Shown one piece after another: positions 1 through 8,716 of a DNA stretch of 64,000 bases. How positions within the stretch are numbered: the stretch's first letter is position 1; each line of letters begins with the position of its first letter. The notes under the pieces are model-generated. The model saw only the letters and a list, made by a program, of their open reading frames with translations, was not told the origin of the DNA and searched no databases. The position numbers were made by a program, and so were the translations under genes. Source of the DNA: Capsulimonadaceae bacterium (lineage in GTDB: Bacteria; Armatimonadota; Armatimonadia; Armatimonadales; Capsulimonadaceae); the NCBI GenBank assembly GCA_965215505.1, contig OZ244065.1:3296001-3360000 (forward strand). The letters are read 5' to 3'.

Positions 1-320
1 TTTCAAGCGAAGAGTCACAGCGGGCCGGGCGCATCCAGCCCCTCGCCCCGGCACAGTCCGGGTCGGCCCAGGCGCAGCCGACGGCCAAGGCGGTCCAGAG
101 TCCCGCGGCCTCGGTCGAGGTGTCCGCCCAGGCGCAGGCCAAGGCGGCAGCGAAGGCAGAGGCGGCGCAGTACCTGCCCGCCGTCAACGCCGCGCCCGAG
201 ACGCGCGATGATCTGGTTTCGCGGCTGAAATCACAGGTCGCGAGCGGCACCTATCACGTCAGCAGCGCGGACATCGCGGACCAGATCGTCCGCCGCGCCA
301 AGGCGGATCGCGTCCAATAA
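1..320 (+). CDS. flgM: Anti-sigma-28 factor FlgM (5' end outside window)
   Basis: Frame is open from the window edge; SVEVS motif followed by RDDLVSRLKSQVASGTYHVSSADIADQI, the typical FlgM C-terminus. Confidence 0.85.
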   Translation, partial: SSEESQRAGRIQPLAPAQSGSAQAQPTAKAVQSPAASVEVSAQAQAKAAAKAEAAQYLPAVNAAPETRDDLVSRLKSQVASGTYHVSSADIADQIVRRAKADRVQ

Positions 321-345
321 TCAAAACCGTACAGATGGCCGGGAC

Positions 346-359
346 CGTACATATGTTCG
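346..359. promoter_or_regulatory. Putative LexA (SOS) box
   Basis: CGTAC-ATAT-GTTCG, one mismatch from CGAAC-N4-GTTCG; closely resembles the box at 4180 upstream of recA. Confidence 0.45.
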
Positions 360-381
360 ATTGATGCAGGGCGAGCGGGAG

Positions 382-411
382 AGCGCGTGGGCAGTGGCCA
401 CGCGCTTTTTT
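382..411 (+). terminator. Intrinsic terminator after flgM
   Basis: AGCGCGTGG-N7-CCACGCGCT stem followed by a T run. Confidence 0.75.
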
Positions 412-514
412 GCGTTTCAAATTTGCCCCTCAAAGTGCCGGCAGGCAGGAGGTCAGGCGTCCCGCGTGGAATAAGGCAGCAGCATTCGGCTGTCAACACA
501 AAGGAAACTCACGC

Positions 515-1282
515 ATGGCTTGGACATTGGCGGTCGTCAACCAAAAAGGCGGCGTCGGCAAGACGACCACGGCGGTCAACCTGGCCACCACTCTGGCCCA
601 GGCGGGCCGCCGGGTGCTGCTGCTGGACTGTGACCCGCAGGGCAACGCGACCAGCGGCCTGGGCCGCAAGGAGACGGTGGAGCAAAGCATCTACGACGCC
701 CTCACCGGGGGCGTCCCGCTGGCCGACATCATCCTCAAAGACGTCGGGGTGCCGGGCCTGGACCTCGCCCCGTCGTCCATAGACCTGGCGAGCGCCGAAC
801 TGGAGATGTTCCAGGAGTTGTCTCGCGAAACCATCCTCAAGAAGATACTGAAGCCCGTCGAGAAGAATTACCAGTACGTCTTCATCGACGGCCCGCCCTC
901 GCTCGGCCTGCTGACCGTGAACATCCTGACGGCCGCCGATGCCGTCCTGGTCCCCGTCCAGGCCGAGTATTATGCCCTGGAAGGCATTCAGCAGCTCATC
1001 AACAGCGTGGAGCGCGTCCGGCAGCACCTCAACCCGAAGCTCGCCATCGCCATGGTCGTCCTGACCATGCACGACGAGCGGATCAACCTGTCGCGTCAGG
1101 TGGTGGCCGAAGTCCGTGAGTTCTTCGGGGACATCGTCGCCAAAACCGTCATTCCCCGCAACGTCCGCCTCAGCGAAGCCCCCTCCTTCGGCCAGCCCAT
1201 CGCGCTGTACGACCCGAAATCCAAGGGGGCGGTCGCGTATGCCGATCTCGCACAGGAGGTAATTGCACTTGGAAAAGAATAA
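515..1282 (+). CDS. parA: ParA/Soj family ATPase
   Basis: NQKGGVGKTTT deviant Walker A, DCDPQGNAT, IPRNVRLSEAPSFG; ATG at 515 follows AAGGA. Confidence 0.95.
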   Translation: MAWTLAVVNQKGGVGKTTTAVNLATTLAQAGRRVLLLDCDPQGNATSGLGRKETVEQSIYDALTGGVPLADIILKDVGVPGLDLAPSSIDLASAELEMFQELSRETILKKILKPVEKNYQYVFIDGPPSLGLLTVNILTAADAVLVPVQAEYYALEGIQQLINSVERVRQHLNPKLAIAMVVLTMHDERINLSRQVVAEVREFFGDIVAKTVIPRNVRLSEAPSFGQPIALYDPKSKGAVAYADLAQEVIALGKE

Positions 1283-2249
1283 GCCGCTAGACAAGAGCCG
1301 CCTGGGGCGCGGCCTGTCGTCCCTCATCCCGCCGTCCGCCAAAGCGCCCGTGCCGGAGCGCCTGACGCGGACGGAAGCCGCCTCCCCTACTCCCGTGGAG
1401 GCGGCCCCTCCCCCACCCGCTTCCCAAGAAGCGCCGGACGCGGGCGTCCTCAACCTGCCCATCGCGAAGATCGTCGCCAACGCATATCAGCCGCGCACGG
1501 CCTTCGACGAAGCCGCCTTGCTGGAGCTGACCGAGTCGGTACAGGTCCACGGCGTCTTGCAGCCGGTCATGGTCCGCCCGCGCGGCGGGGGCCGGTACGA
1601 GCTGATCGCCGGGGAGCGCCGTTTCCGGGCCGCCCAGCAGGCCGGCCTGACGCAGATCCCCGCCGTCGTCCGCGCGATGACCGATGAGGAGTCGCTGACA
1701 GTGGCCTTGATCGAGAACATCCAGCGCGAGGACCTGAACGCGATGGAAGCCGCACGCGGCTACCGGCAGCTTTTGGACCAGTTCGGCGTGACGCAGACCG
1801 AGCTGGCGCGTCAGATCGGCAAGGCGCAGCCGACGATCGCGAACGCCCTGAGCCTCCTGCGGCTCCCTGCTGAGATGCAGGAGAGCATCGCGGCGGGCCA
1901 GATCACCATGGAGCACGGCAAGGCGCTCCTCACAGTGGCCTCGCCCGAGCGGCGGCAGTCACTGTGGCAGGAGATGGTGTCTGGGGGCCTGACCGTGGCC
2001 GAATCGCGCCGCCGCGCGGCAGAGTCATCGCCCCCGCCCCCCGCACGCCCCGGCAAGAGCGTACCAACAGCAAAAAGCGCCGCCACTCCCGAGGACAACA
2101 TCCACAACAAAGCCATGGAAGACCGTCTTCGCAGTGCCCTGGGGCTGAAAGTGACGATCCGCAGCCAGCCGCAGGGCGGGGGCGAGGTGATCATCGGGTA
2201 CGCTAACTGGGACGACATGGAGACGATCATAGACCGCATCGCGGGCTGA
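1263..2249 (+). CDS. parB: ParB/Spo0J partition protein
   Basis: LGRGLSSLI N-terminal peptide, YQPR, GVLQPV, IAGERRFRA, ENIQREDL, HTH; overlaps parA stop; start may be TTG at 1269. Confidence 0.95.
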   Translation: MHLEKNKPLDKSRLGRGLSSLIPPSAKAPVPERLTRTEAASPTPVEAAPPPPASQEAPDAGVLNLPIAKIVANAYQPRTAFDEAALLELTESVQVHGVLQPVMVRPRGGGRYELIAGERRFRAAQQAGLTQIPAVVRAMTDEESLTVALIENIQREDLNAMEAARGYRQLLDQFGVTQTELARQIGKAQPTIANALSLLRLPAEMQESIAAGQITMEHGKALLTVASPERRQSLWQEMVSGGLTVAESRRRAAESSPPPPARPGKSVPTAKSAATPEDNIHNKAMEDRLRSALGLKVTIRSQPQGGGEVIIGYANWDDMETIIDRIAG

Positions 2250-2343
2250 ATTATTTGCCGGCAAATAGCATGACTCTAGAGTCACAGTATTTGCCGACGA
2301 ATGAAGCCGCCGATGTAAGTTGCCTATTAGAAAGAAACGCACA

Positions 2344-3639
2344 ATGAACGCCGAAGTCATCTCCGTCGGTACGGAACTCCTGCTGGGGCAGACCGTGGAC
2401 ACCGACGCCGTGTTCCTCGCCCAAATGCTCTCTCGTCTGGGCATCAGCATCCACCACCGCGCGACCGTCGGGGACAACGCGGAGCGGATGAAGGACACGC
2501 TGCGGCTGGCCTTCTCCCGCGCCGACCTCGTTATCACCGTGGGAGGGCTGGGGCCGACGCAGGACGACCTGACGAAAGAAATGGTCGCCGAGGTGCTGGG
2601 CGACACCTTTGTCGAGGACACGGCCCATTCGCAGTGGCTCCGGGATCGGATGAGCCTGCGCGGGTGGCAGAACCTGCCGCCTTCCTTCTGGAAGCAGGCC
2701 CTCGTGCCGGCGAGCGGCGGCGGCATCCCGAACCCGAATGGGACCGCTCTGGGTGCCTTGTTCGAGAAGGACGGCAAGATCGCGATCTGCCTGCCCGGAC
2801 CGCCGAACGAGCTGATCCCGATGGCCGAGGCCAGCGTCGAGCCGTACTTGCAGGAGAAGACTTCAGGCCAGAGGACCGTCCTCCAGTCCCGCATCTTAAG
2901 GATCGTCGGTATGGGCGAGTCGCTCGTGGAGGAGCGGGCGGCCGACCTGATGACAAGCGACAACCCCACTGTCGCCCCCTATGCCAAGACCGGCGAGGTG
3001 CATCTGCGGATCACCGCCCGCGCCGGATCGCCCGAGGAGGCGTCCGCGCTGATCGCGCCGCGCGAGGCGGCCATCCGCGAGCGGCTGGGGGAGGTGGTCT
3101 ACGGCGTGGACGGCGAGAAGCTGGAAAGCGTCGTCGTGGGCATGCTTGCCCTGATGGGCCGCTCCATCGCCCTGGCCGAGTCCTGCACCGGCGGCCTGAT
3201 CGCCAAGCGGCTGACCGACGTGCCGGACGCTTCGCGCGTCTTCGGGCTGGGGCTTGTCACCTACTCTAACGAGGCCAAGACCGAGTTCCTGGGTGTCCCC
3301 GCCGAAACCATCGCGCGCGTCGGTGCCGTCAGCGCGGAAACGGCGCGGGCCATGGCGGTCGGGGCGCGGCGAGCCGGCAAGGCGGACATCGGCGTCAGCG
3401 TAACGGGCATCGCCGGGCCGGGCGGCGGCTCGGAGGCAAAGCCCGTCGGGACGGTCCATATCGGGCTGGCCTGGGAGGGTGGGGCGGTCTCCGAGCATCA
3501 CCACCTGCTCGGCAGCCGGGCGGACATCGCCTACCGCGCCTCGCAGAACGCGCTGGCTCTGGTGCGCCGGTTCCTGATGGACCCCGAAGCGGTGCAGGCG
3601 GGGGCAGGGGACAGCTATGAATCACTTCTTCGCCATTAG
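2344..3639 (+). CDS. cinA: Competence/damage-inducible protein CinA (MoCF-binding + PncC NMN deamidase)
   Basis: SVGTELLLG, GGLGPTQDDLT, LPGPPNE, AESCTGG, TGIAGPGGG motifs. Confidence 0.95.
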   Translation: MNAEVISVGTELLLGQTVDTDAVFLAQMLSRLGISIHHRATVGDNAERMKDTLRLAFSRADLVITVGGLGPTQDDLTKEMVAEVLGDTFVEDTAHSQWLRDRMSLRGWQNLPPSFWKQALVPASGGGIPNPNGTALGALFEKDGKIAICLPGPPNELIPMAEASVEPYLQEKTSGQRTVLQSRILRIVGMGESLVEERAADLMTSDNPTVAPYAKTGEVHLRITARAGSPEEASALIAPREAAIRERLGEVVYGVDGEKLESVVVGMLALMGRSIALAESCTGGLIAKRLTDVPDASRVFGLGLVTYSNEAKTEFLGVPAETIARVGAVSAETARAMAVGARRAGKADIGVSVTGIAGPGGGSEAKPVGTVHIGLAWEGGAVSEHHHLLGSRADIAYRASQNALALVRRFLMDPEAVQAGAGDSYESLLRH

Positions 3640-4228
3640 GCTTCCACCGGAGGTCCGACAAACGGTTCACCAACTTGCCGAGGAGTGGCGGCCTCTCGTG
3701 ATGCGCTCAAGTTGGTACGATCCTGAAGACTATCACATCACGCTGAAGTTCTTGGGTAACTTGGACGAAACCGCACAGCCACGTTTAATCGAAGCCGCGC
3801 GGCCCGTCGCGGCGGCCACTGGGCCTCTTGTCGTCAAGGCCGCCCCGCCAGGCGGCTTCCCAGATATGCGCGCGCCCAATGTCCTTTGGGCCGGTGTCAG
3901 CGTCAACCCTGAACTGGACACGCTCGCCGCACACCTGAATCATGTCATGGCCGGTCTTGGATTTCGCCCGGAGCGCAGGCGGTATCAGCCGCACATCACG
4001 GTCGCACGGTGTCGCCTCAGAACTACCCACTTCGACAGGAACCAGGACGGCCTGGTGCCGGTGGATTGGCCTCTGCCGAGCGAACGTCTGTTCGTTGAGT
4101 TCACGGCGGACAGGTTTGTCCTCATGCAAACGCGGTCGGGCGAAGGGCGCGCAAACCGGACCGGCATGAGGTACAATACCGTACACACGTTCCCCCTCAC
4201 GGGCGCGCACTCATCAGAAGTATCCTAA
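3617..4228 (+). CDS. thpR: RNA 2',3'-cyclic phosphodiesterase (2H family)
   Basis: Two HxT motifs ([16 protein letters not shown]); classic position between cinA and recA. Confidence 0.9.
   Translation: MNHFFAIRLPPEVRQTVHQLAEEWRPLVMRSSWYDPEDYHITLKFLGNLDETAQPRLIEAARPVAAATGPLVVKAAPPGGFPDMRAPNVLWAGVSVNPELDTLAAHLNHVMAGLGFRPERRRYQPHITVARCRLRTTHFDRNQDGLVPVDWPLPSERLFVEFTADRFVLMQTRSGEGRANRTGMRYNTVHTFPLTGAHSSEVS
4081..4094. promoter_or_regulatory. Putative LexA box inside thpR, upstream of recA
   Basis: Perfect CGAAC-GTCT-GTTCG. Confidence 0.55.
4172..4193 (+). promoter_or_regulatory. Putative recA -10 box with adjacent LexA-like box
   Basis: TACAAT (4172-4177) followed by CGTAC-ACAC-GTTCC (4180-4193), about 85 nt before recA. 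Confidence 0.55.
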
Positions 4229-4277
4229 GACAGAAACGAAGAAGGAAGCAACCCGCCACGGCGGCAAGGAGAAACCA

Positions 4278-5297
4278 TTGGACAAAGAAAAAGCACTCGA
4301 AATGGCGCTGACGCAGCTCGAAAAACAGTTCGGCAAGGGCAGCGTCATGCGCCTGGGCGAGTCGCCCCGCATGACCGTCGAGGCCATCTCCACTGGGTCG
4401 CTGGCTCTGGACCTCGCCCTCGGCGTGGGCGGGGTGCCGCGCGGGCGCATTACGGAGATCCATGGGGCGGAGTCATCGGGCAAGACCACCATCGCCTACC
4501 ACATCGTCGCCGAGGCCCAGCGCCTGGGCGGTGTGGCGGCCTTCGTGGACGCCGAGCATTCGGTTGACCCGGAGTACGCCCGCAACCTGGGCGTGGACAT
4601 CAACAAGCTGCTCATCTCCCAGCCCTCTACGGGAGAGGAGGCCCTGGAGATCATGGACGCCCTGGTCCGGTCGGGGGCCATCGACGTGGTCGTGCTGGAC
4701 TCGGTCGCCGCCCTGGTGCCGAAGGCGGAGATCGAGGGCGAGATGGGCGACAGCCACATGGGCCTCCAGGCGCGTCTGATGTCCCAGGCCATGCGAAAGC
4801 TCAACGGCTCCATCTCCAAGACCAACACGGCGGCGATCTTCATCAACCAGATCCGCGAGAAGATCGGCGTCATGTTCGGCAACCCGGAGACGACGCCCGG
4901 CGGACGTGCCCTGAAGTTCTACGCCTCAGTCATGCTGGACGTGCGCCGGATCGAGACGCTCAAGCAGGGCACGGACATGGTGGGCAACCGGGTCAAGGTC
5001 AAGGTGGTCAAGAACAAGGTCGCCCCGCCCTTCCGCCAGGCCGAGTTCGACATCATGTTCGGCAAGGGCATCTCGCGCTCGGGCAGCATCATCGACATCG
5101 GCGTCGAGATGGAGCTGATCGCAAAGCGCGGCGCGTTCTTCTCCTACGGCGAGACGCGCATCGGCCAGGGCCGCGAGAACGCCAAGCAGTACCTGGAAGA
5201 GCACGTCGAGATGATGGACGAGCTGGAGAAGACCATCCGGGGCGACAAGAAGGCTGCCGAGATCCTGACCGTGGGCGCGGCGGAGATCGCGGAGTAG
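4278..5297 (+). CDS. recA: Recombinase RecA
   Basis: [44 protein letters not shown] start after AAGGAG. Confidence 0.99.
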   Translation: MDKEKALEMALTQLEKQFGKGSVMRLGESPRMTVEAISTGSLALDLALGVGGVPRGRITEIHGAESSGKTTIAYHIVAEAQRLGGVAAFVDAEHSVDPEYARNLGVDINKLLISQPSTGEEALEIMDALVRSGAIDVVVLDSVAALVPKAEIEGEMGDSHMGLQARLMSQAMRKLNGSISKTNTAAIFINQIREKIGVMFGNPETTPGGRALKFYASVMLDVRRIETLKQGTDMVGNRVKVKVVKNKVAPPFRQAEFDIMFGKGISRSGSIIDIGVEMELIAKRGAFFSYGETRIGQGRENAKQYLEEHVEMMDELEKTIRGDKKAAEILTVGAAEIAE

Positions 5298-5351
5298 GAG
5301 ACATTAGAGGGGGCGGCGTGAAGCCGCCTCCATGCAGCCCGAGAAAGCCGA

Positions 5352-5500
5352 GAGTGGTTGAAAACCACTCGCTAGAGCAAAGCGTCCTGCGGACGGAAGA
5401 CAGACGAAGAAGCCAATCACATCTACCGACAGGGCCTTCCTCCTGCGCCTATCTGTCGTCCGCAAGGACGCTTCTACTAGCGAGTGGTTTTCAACCACTC
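5352..5500. repeat. REPIN-like inverted palindrome pair (family A-related)
   Basis: GAGTGGTTGAAAACCACTCGCTAG ... CTAGCGAGTGGTTTTCAACCACTC with inner inverted hairpins. Confidence 0.8.
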
Positions 5501-5513
5501 ACCCTATGCCATT

Positions 5514-5816
5514 ATGACAACGAGTAAAACAGCCGCAGAACTGGCCGCCGAAGAAGCGCGCGAAGACCTCCGCCACTTCGCCGCTGAGATCGCCTACATG
5601 GAGACCCACGACATAAGCGAGGAACTAGCGAACTCACCGGAGGTCCACTTCGAGATCAACCTGCCGCCCCGCAAGCCCCATTTTGCCATGGAAACAGCGC
5701 TCGCCGCCAAACTGCGCGAAACCGCACGGCAGCGCGGCATCTCCGCCGAGGCCCTGCTGAACGAGTGGGTGCGGGAGAAGGCGGCCGAGAGCGATACGGT
5801 CGGCGCGGCACAGTAG
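5514..5816 (+). CDS. CopG/BrnA-like type II antitoxin (orphan)
   Basis: ETHDISE...EVHFEI motif then RHH-like LAAKLRETARQRGISAEALLNEWVREK; no adjacent toxin gene. Confidence 0.6.
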   Translation: MTTSKTAAELAAEEAREDLRHFAAEIAYMETHDISEELANSPEVHFEINLPPRKPHFAMETALAAKLRETARQRGISAEALLNEWVREKAAESDTVGAAQ

Positions 5817-5844
5817 AACCCATCCCGAAGGAGTGTGAGCGATC

Positions 5845-6213
5845 ATGCCAGCAGAAGATAGGAAAGCAGCAAAGAAGGCCGACGACGAGGCGGCGGTAGT
5901 CGCGGCCATCGCCGCGATGCCCGAACCCTACCGCGCCATGGGCGGGCGTCTCCATGCGATCATCAAAGCCAGCGCGCCGACCCTCCTGCCGAAGACGTGG
6001 TACGGGATGCCGGCGTATGCCGACGAGGACGGGAAAGTCGTCTGCTTCTTCCGCGGCGCGGACAAGTTCAAGGAGAGGTACATGACATTGGGCTTCAACG
6101 ACGCGGCGAAGCTCGATGAAGGCCCCCTGTGGCCAATCGCCTATGCGCTGACGGGGCTGACCGCCGCCGAAGAAGATAAGATCGGCGCAATCGTGAAGAA
6201 GGCTGTGAGCTGA
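5845..6213 (+). CDS. DUF1801 (YdhG-like) protein
   Basis: [36 protein letters not shown]; preceded by AAGGAG. Confidence 0.8.
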   Translation: MPAEDRKAAKKADDEAAVVAAIAAMPEPYRAMGGRLHAIIKASAPTLLPKTWYGMPAYADEDGKVVCFFRGADKFKERYMTLGFNDAAKLDEGPLWPIAYALTGLTAAEEDKIGAIVKKAVS

Positions 6214-6279
6214 GAGCGCACAGTCGGGTAGGCCCTCATGGGCCGGCCCGCAGCACGGCGAAATTTGCGAGAACGAACT

Positions 6280-6810
6280 ATGCTCCAAGGCCTGCGCTCA
6301 CAAATCTACCAGGTCGCCGATCTGGAAGCGGCGAAAGCCTGGTACGCTACCCTGCTCGGCGAGCCGCCCTACTTCGATGAGCCGTTCTATGTCGGCTTCA
6401 ATGTCGGCGGCTACGAGTTGGGCTTGCAGCCATCCGATGACGCCGACGCGGGGCAGGCGAAGGACGCCCTAACCTATTGGGGCGTCCCCGACGCCGAGGC
6501 GGCCCACGCGCACCTGCTGGCGCTGGGGGCGGCCGAGTATCAGCCCGTGCAGGAGGTCGGCGGCGGCATCAAGCTGGGGGCCGTCCGGGACCCGCAGGGC
6601 GGCATCCTAGGTGTCATCGAGAACCCGCACTTTCTGGCGGCCCATCCGAGTCCCGGCCATGATACCTCCGAGCCGGGCGTGACGTTCTCCTTGCATATTC
6701 CGCAGGGGGCGCTGGAACAGGCGCGTGAAGGGGCATGGTCCGCAAGCACCAGCCTGGAAGAGTATCTGGGCGAATGCGCCCTGGACGGCATCTACCGGGG
6801 GTATCGGTAA
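6280..6810 (+). CDS. VOC/glyoxalase family protein with C-terminal extension
   Basis: YQVADLEAAKAWY, YFDEPFYVGFNVGGYELGL, VRDPQGGILGVIEN. Confidence 0.85.
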   Translation: MLQGLRSQIYQVADLEAAKAWYATLLGEPPYFDEPFYVGFNVGGYELGLQPSDDADAGQAKDALTYWGVPDAEAAHAHLLALGAAEYQPVQEVGGGIKLGAVRDPQGGILGVIENPHFLAAHPSPGHDTSEPGVTFSLHIPQGALEQAREGAWSASTSLEEYLGECALDGIYRGYR

Positions 6811-6849
6811 GCCACACTCGGATGAACGGAATTAGAGGAGCAGACGCCC

Positions 6850-7488
6850 ATGTCCGCATTGCAGAGAGCTTACTACACGCCGGAGCAGTATCTGGAGATG
6901 GACCGCAAGGCCGAGCATCGGAGCGAGTATGTGGATGGCGAAATCCTGGCGATGGCCGGGGCAAGTCGCGAACACAACCGGATCACGATTAACATAGGCA
7001 CCTCCCTTCTCACTCAGACTCGTGGCGGTTCGTGCGAGCCGTTCACTACCGACCTGCGCGTCAAGGGCCGGACCACCGGCGCTTTTCTCTTCCCGGACGT
7101 CGTGGTCGGGTGCGGCCCGCTTGAATTTGAGGATGCTTCCCTGGACATCCTGCTGAACCCCGTCGTCCTCATGGAAGTGCTTTCGCCGACGACCGAAAGT
7201 AATGATCGGGGCTGGAAGTTCGCGCACTACCGGCGGCTGGCGACGCTGACGGACTACGTCATGCTCTCACAGTATCAGCCGCTCGTGGAACACTACACGC
7301 GCGGTTCGGATGACAAGTGGGTGCTGACGGAACTGCGCGGCCTTTCGTCCGTCCTGCGCCTGCCGTCCATCGGCTGTGAACTGCCGCTGCCGGTGATCTA
7401 TGAGCGCGTCGAGTTCGCAACGGATCTGGTCCTGGCCACGCTGGAGATGTCGGAAGGCGACGCTCAGGACGAAGAGATGATGCCGTGA
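6850..7488 (+). CDS. Uma2/DUF820 restriction-endonuclease-like protein
   Basis: RSEYVDGEILAMAGASREHN, FPDVVV, EVLSPTTESNDRGWKF. Confidence 0.9.
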   Translation: MSALQRAYYTPEQYLEMDRKAEHRSEYVDGEILAMAGASREHNRITINIGTSLLTQTRGGSCEPFTTDLRVKGRTTGAFLFPDVVVGCGPLEFEDASLDILLNPVVLMEVLSPTTESNDRGWKFAHYRRLATLTDYVMLSQYQPLVEHYTRGSDDKWVLTELRGLSSVLRLPSIGCELPLPVIYERVEFATDLVLATLEMSEGDAQDEEMMP

Positions 7489-7874
7489 CGACTGACTTGC
7501 GCGAGGCCCTGCGCCGCCGGCTGGTCGCGCTGCCGGGCGCGACCGAAGAGTACCCCTTCACTCTGGCCGTTCGGGTCTTCAAGGTGGGCGGGAAGATGTT
7601 CGCCGTGACCGGGGTAGACGATGACCCGCCCTGCCTGACGCTGAAGGGCACTCCGGACGACAACGAGATCGACCGCGCCGAGTACCCCGCCGTCCGGCCT
7701 GGCTGGCACATGAACAAGCGCCACTGGAACACCATCACCCTGGACGGCTCCGTCCCCGACGAAGTGCTGGCAGAGATGATCTCGGCCTCCCATGCCCTCG
7801 TGGTACATGGACTGCCCCGTGCCCTTCGCCCGGCTCTACTGGAGAAAACCAATGCCGCAGATCACCGCACTTGA
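7485..7874 (+). CDS. MmcQ/YjbR family protein
   Basis: LPGATEEYPF, VFKVGGKMFA, PGWHMNKRHWNTI; GTGA overlap with the upstream stop. Confidence 0.9.
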   Translation: MTTDLREALRRRLVALPGATEEYPFTLAVRVFKVGGKMFAVTGVDDDPPCLTLKGTPDDNEIDRAEYPAVRPGWHMNKRHWNTITLDGSVPDEVLAEMISASHALVVHGLPRALRPALLEKTNAADHRT

Positions 7875-8535
7875 ACCCCAGAAGCGCCCCGGCCGACTGA
7901 ACATCTTCGTGGACGGCCAATTCGTCATCGGGGTGGGGGAGACGGTCGCCGCCGACCTCAGCCTGCGCGTCGGGCGCGAGATCACGCCGGACAAGCTGCG
8001 CGAGATCGCCGGGGCCGAGGAGGTCCACAAGGCCACCGAGAACGCCCTGCTCCTGCTGGAAGTCCGGGCGCGGGCGCGGCGCGAGATCGAGACGCGGCTG
8101 ACGCAGAAGGGCTATGAGGAGGGCGTCATCAGCCAGGTCATCGCGAACCTGACGCGGCTCGGCCTGCTCGATGACGCCCAGTTCGCGGCCCAGTGGGTGG
8201 AGGCCAAGACGCGCGAGGGCGGCAGCCGGCCCGTGGGCCGCCGGCGGCTGTCCTCCGAGCTGTACGGCAAAGGGGTCGCTCGGGAGCAGATCGCCGAGGC
8301 CGTCGAGAAGGTCACGAACGCCGACGAACTGGCTTTGGCGCGGGCGGCGGCGGGCAAGAAGGTCCGCACCGTCCCGACCGACCGGGACGCCTTGCAGGCC
8401 GAGCGCCGCAAGCTGATGGGCTTCTTGCAGCGGCGCGGCTTCGGCTGGGAGACCGTCAAGCAGGTGACACGCGAGGCGCTGCCCTCGCCGGGAGACGAGT
8501 CTTTGGAAGAGGCCGAGGAAGAGTACGACGGGTGA
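7852..8535 (+). CDS. recX: Regulatory protein RecX (long form)
   Basis: ITALEPQKRPGRLNIFVDG N-terminus, LLDDAQFA, ELYGKGV, FLQRRGF. Confidence 0.9.
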   Translation: MPQITALEPQKRPGRLNIFVDGQFVIGVGETVAADLSLRVGREITPDKLREIAGAEEVHKATENALLLLEVRARARREIETRLTQKGYEEGVISQVIANLTRLGLLDDAQFAAQWVEAKTREGGSRPVGRRRLSSELYGKGVAREQIAEAVEKVTNADELALARAAAGKKVRTVPTDRDALQAERRKLMGFLQRRGFGWETVKQVTREALPSPGDESLEEAEEEYDG

Positions 8536-8564
8536 TGGACGGGGGAGAAGACGAGGCAGGAAGG

Positions 8565-8694
8565 ACGAGTGACTGGAAATCACTCGCTCCCATCAGACCT
8601 GTCCAGGGGACAGAAGAGGGGAGTTGTCTGCTGCCACTCTGCTCTCTTGTCCCTTGGACAAATCTGGCGTCAGCGAGTGATTTCAATCACTCGT
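8565..8694. repeat. REPIN-like element, family A
   Basis: ACGAGTGACTGGAAATCACTCGCT ... AGCGAGTGATTTCAATCACTCGT with inner TGTCC...GGACA hairpins; between convergent genes. Confidence 0.8.
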
Positions 8695-8716
8695 GTCTGA
8701 TCCTCGATTCCAACGC

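Noticed and set aside
6850-7488. Uma2 nuclease as part of a restriction or defence system
   Set aside because: No methylase or partner gene; Uma2 genes are commonly solitary
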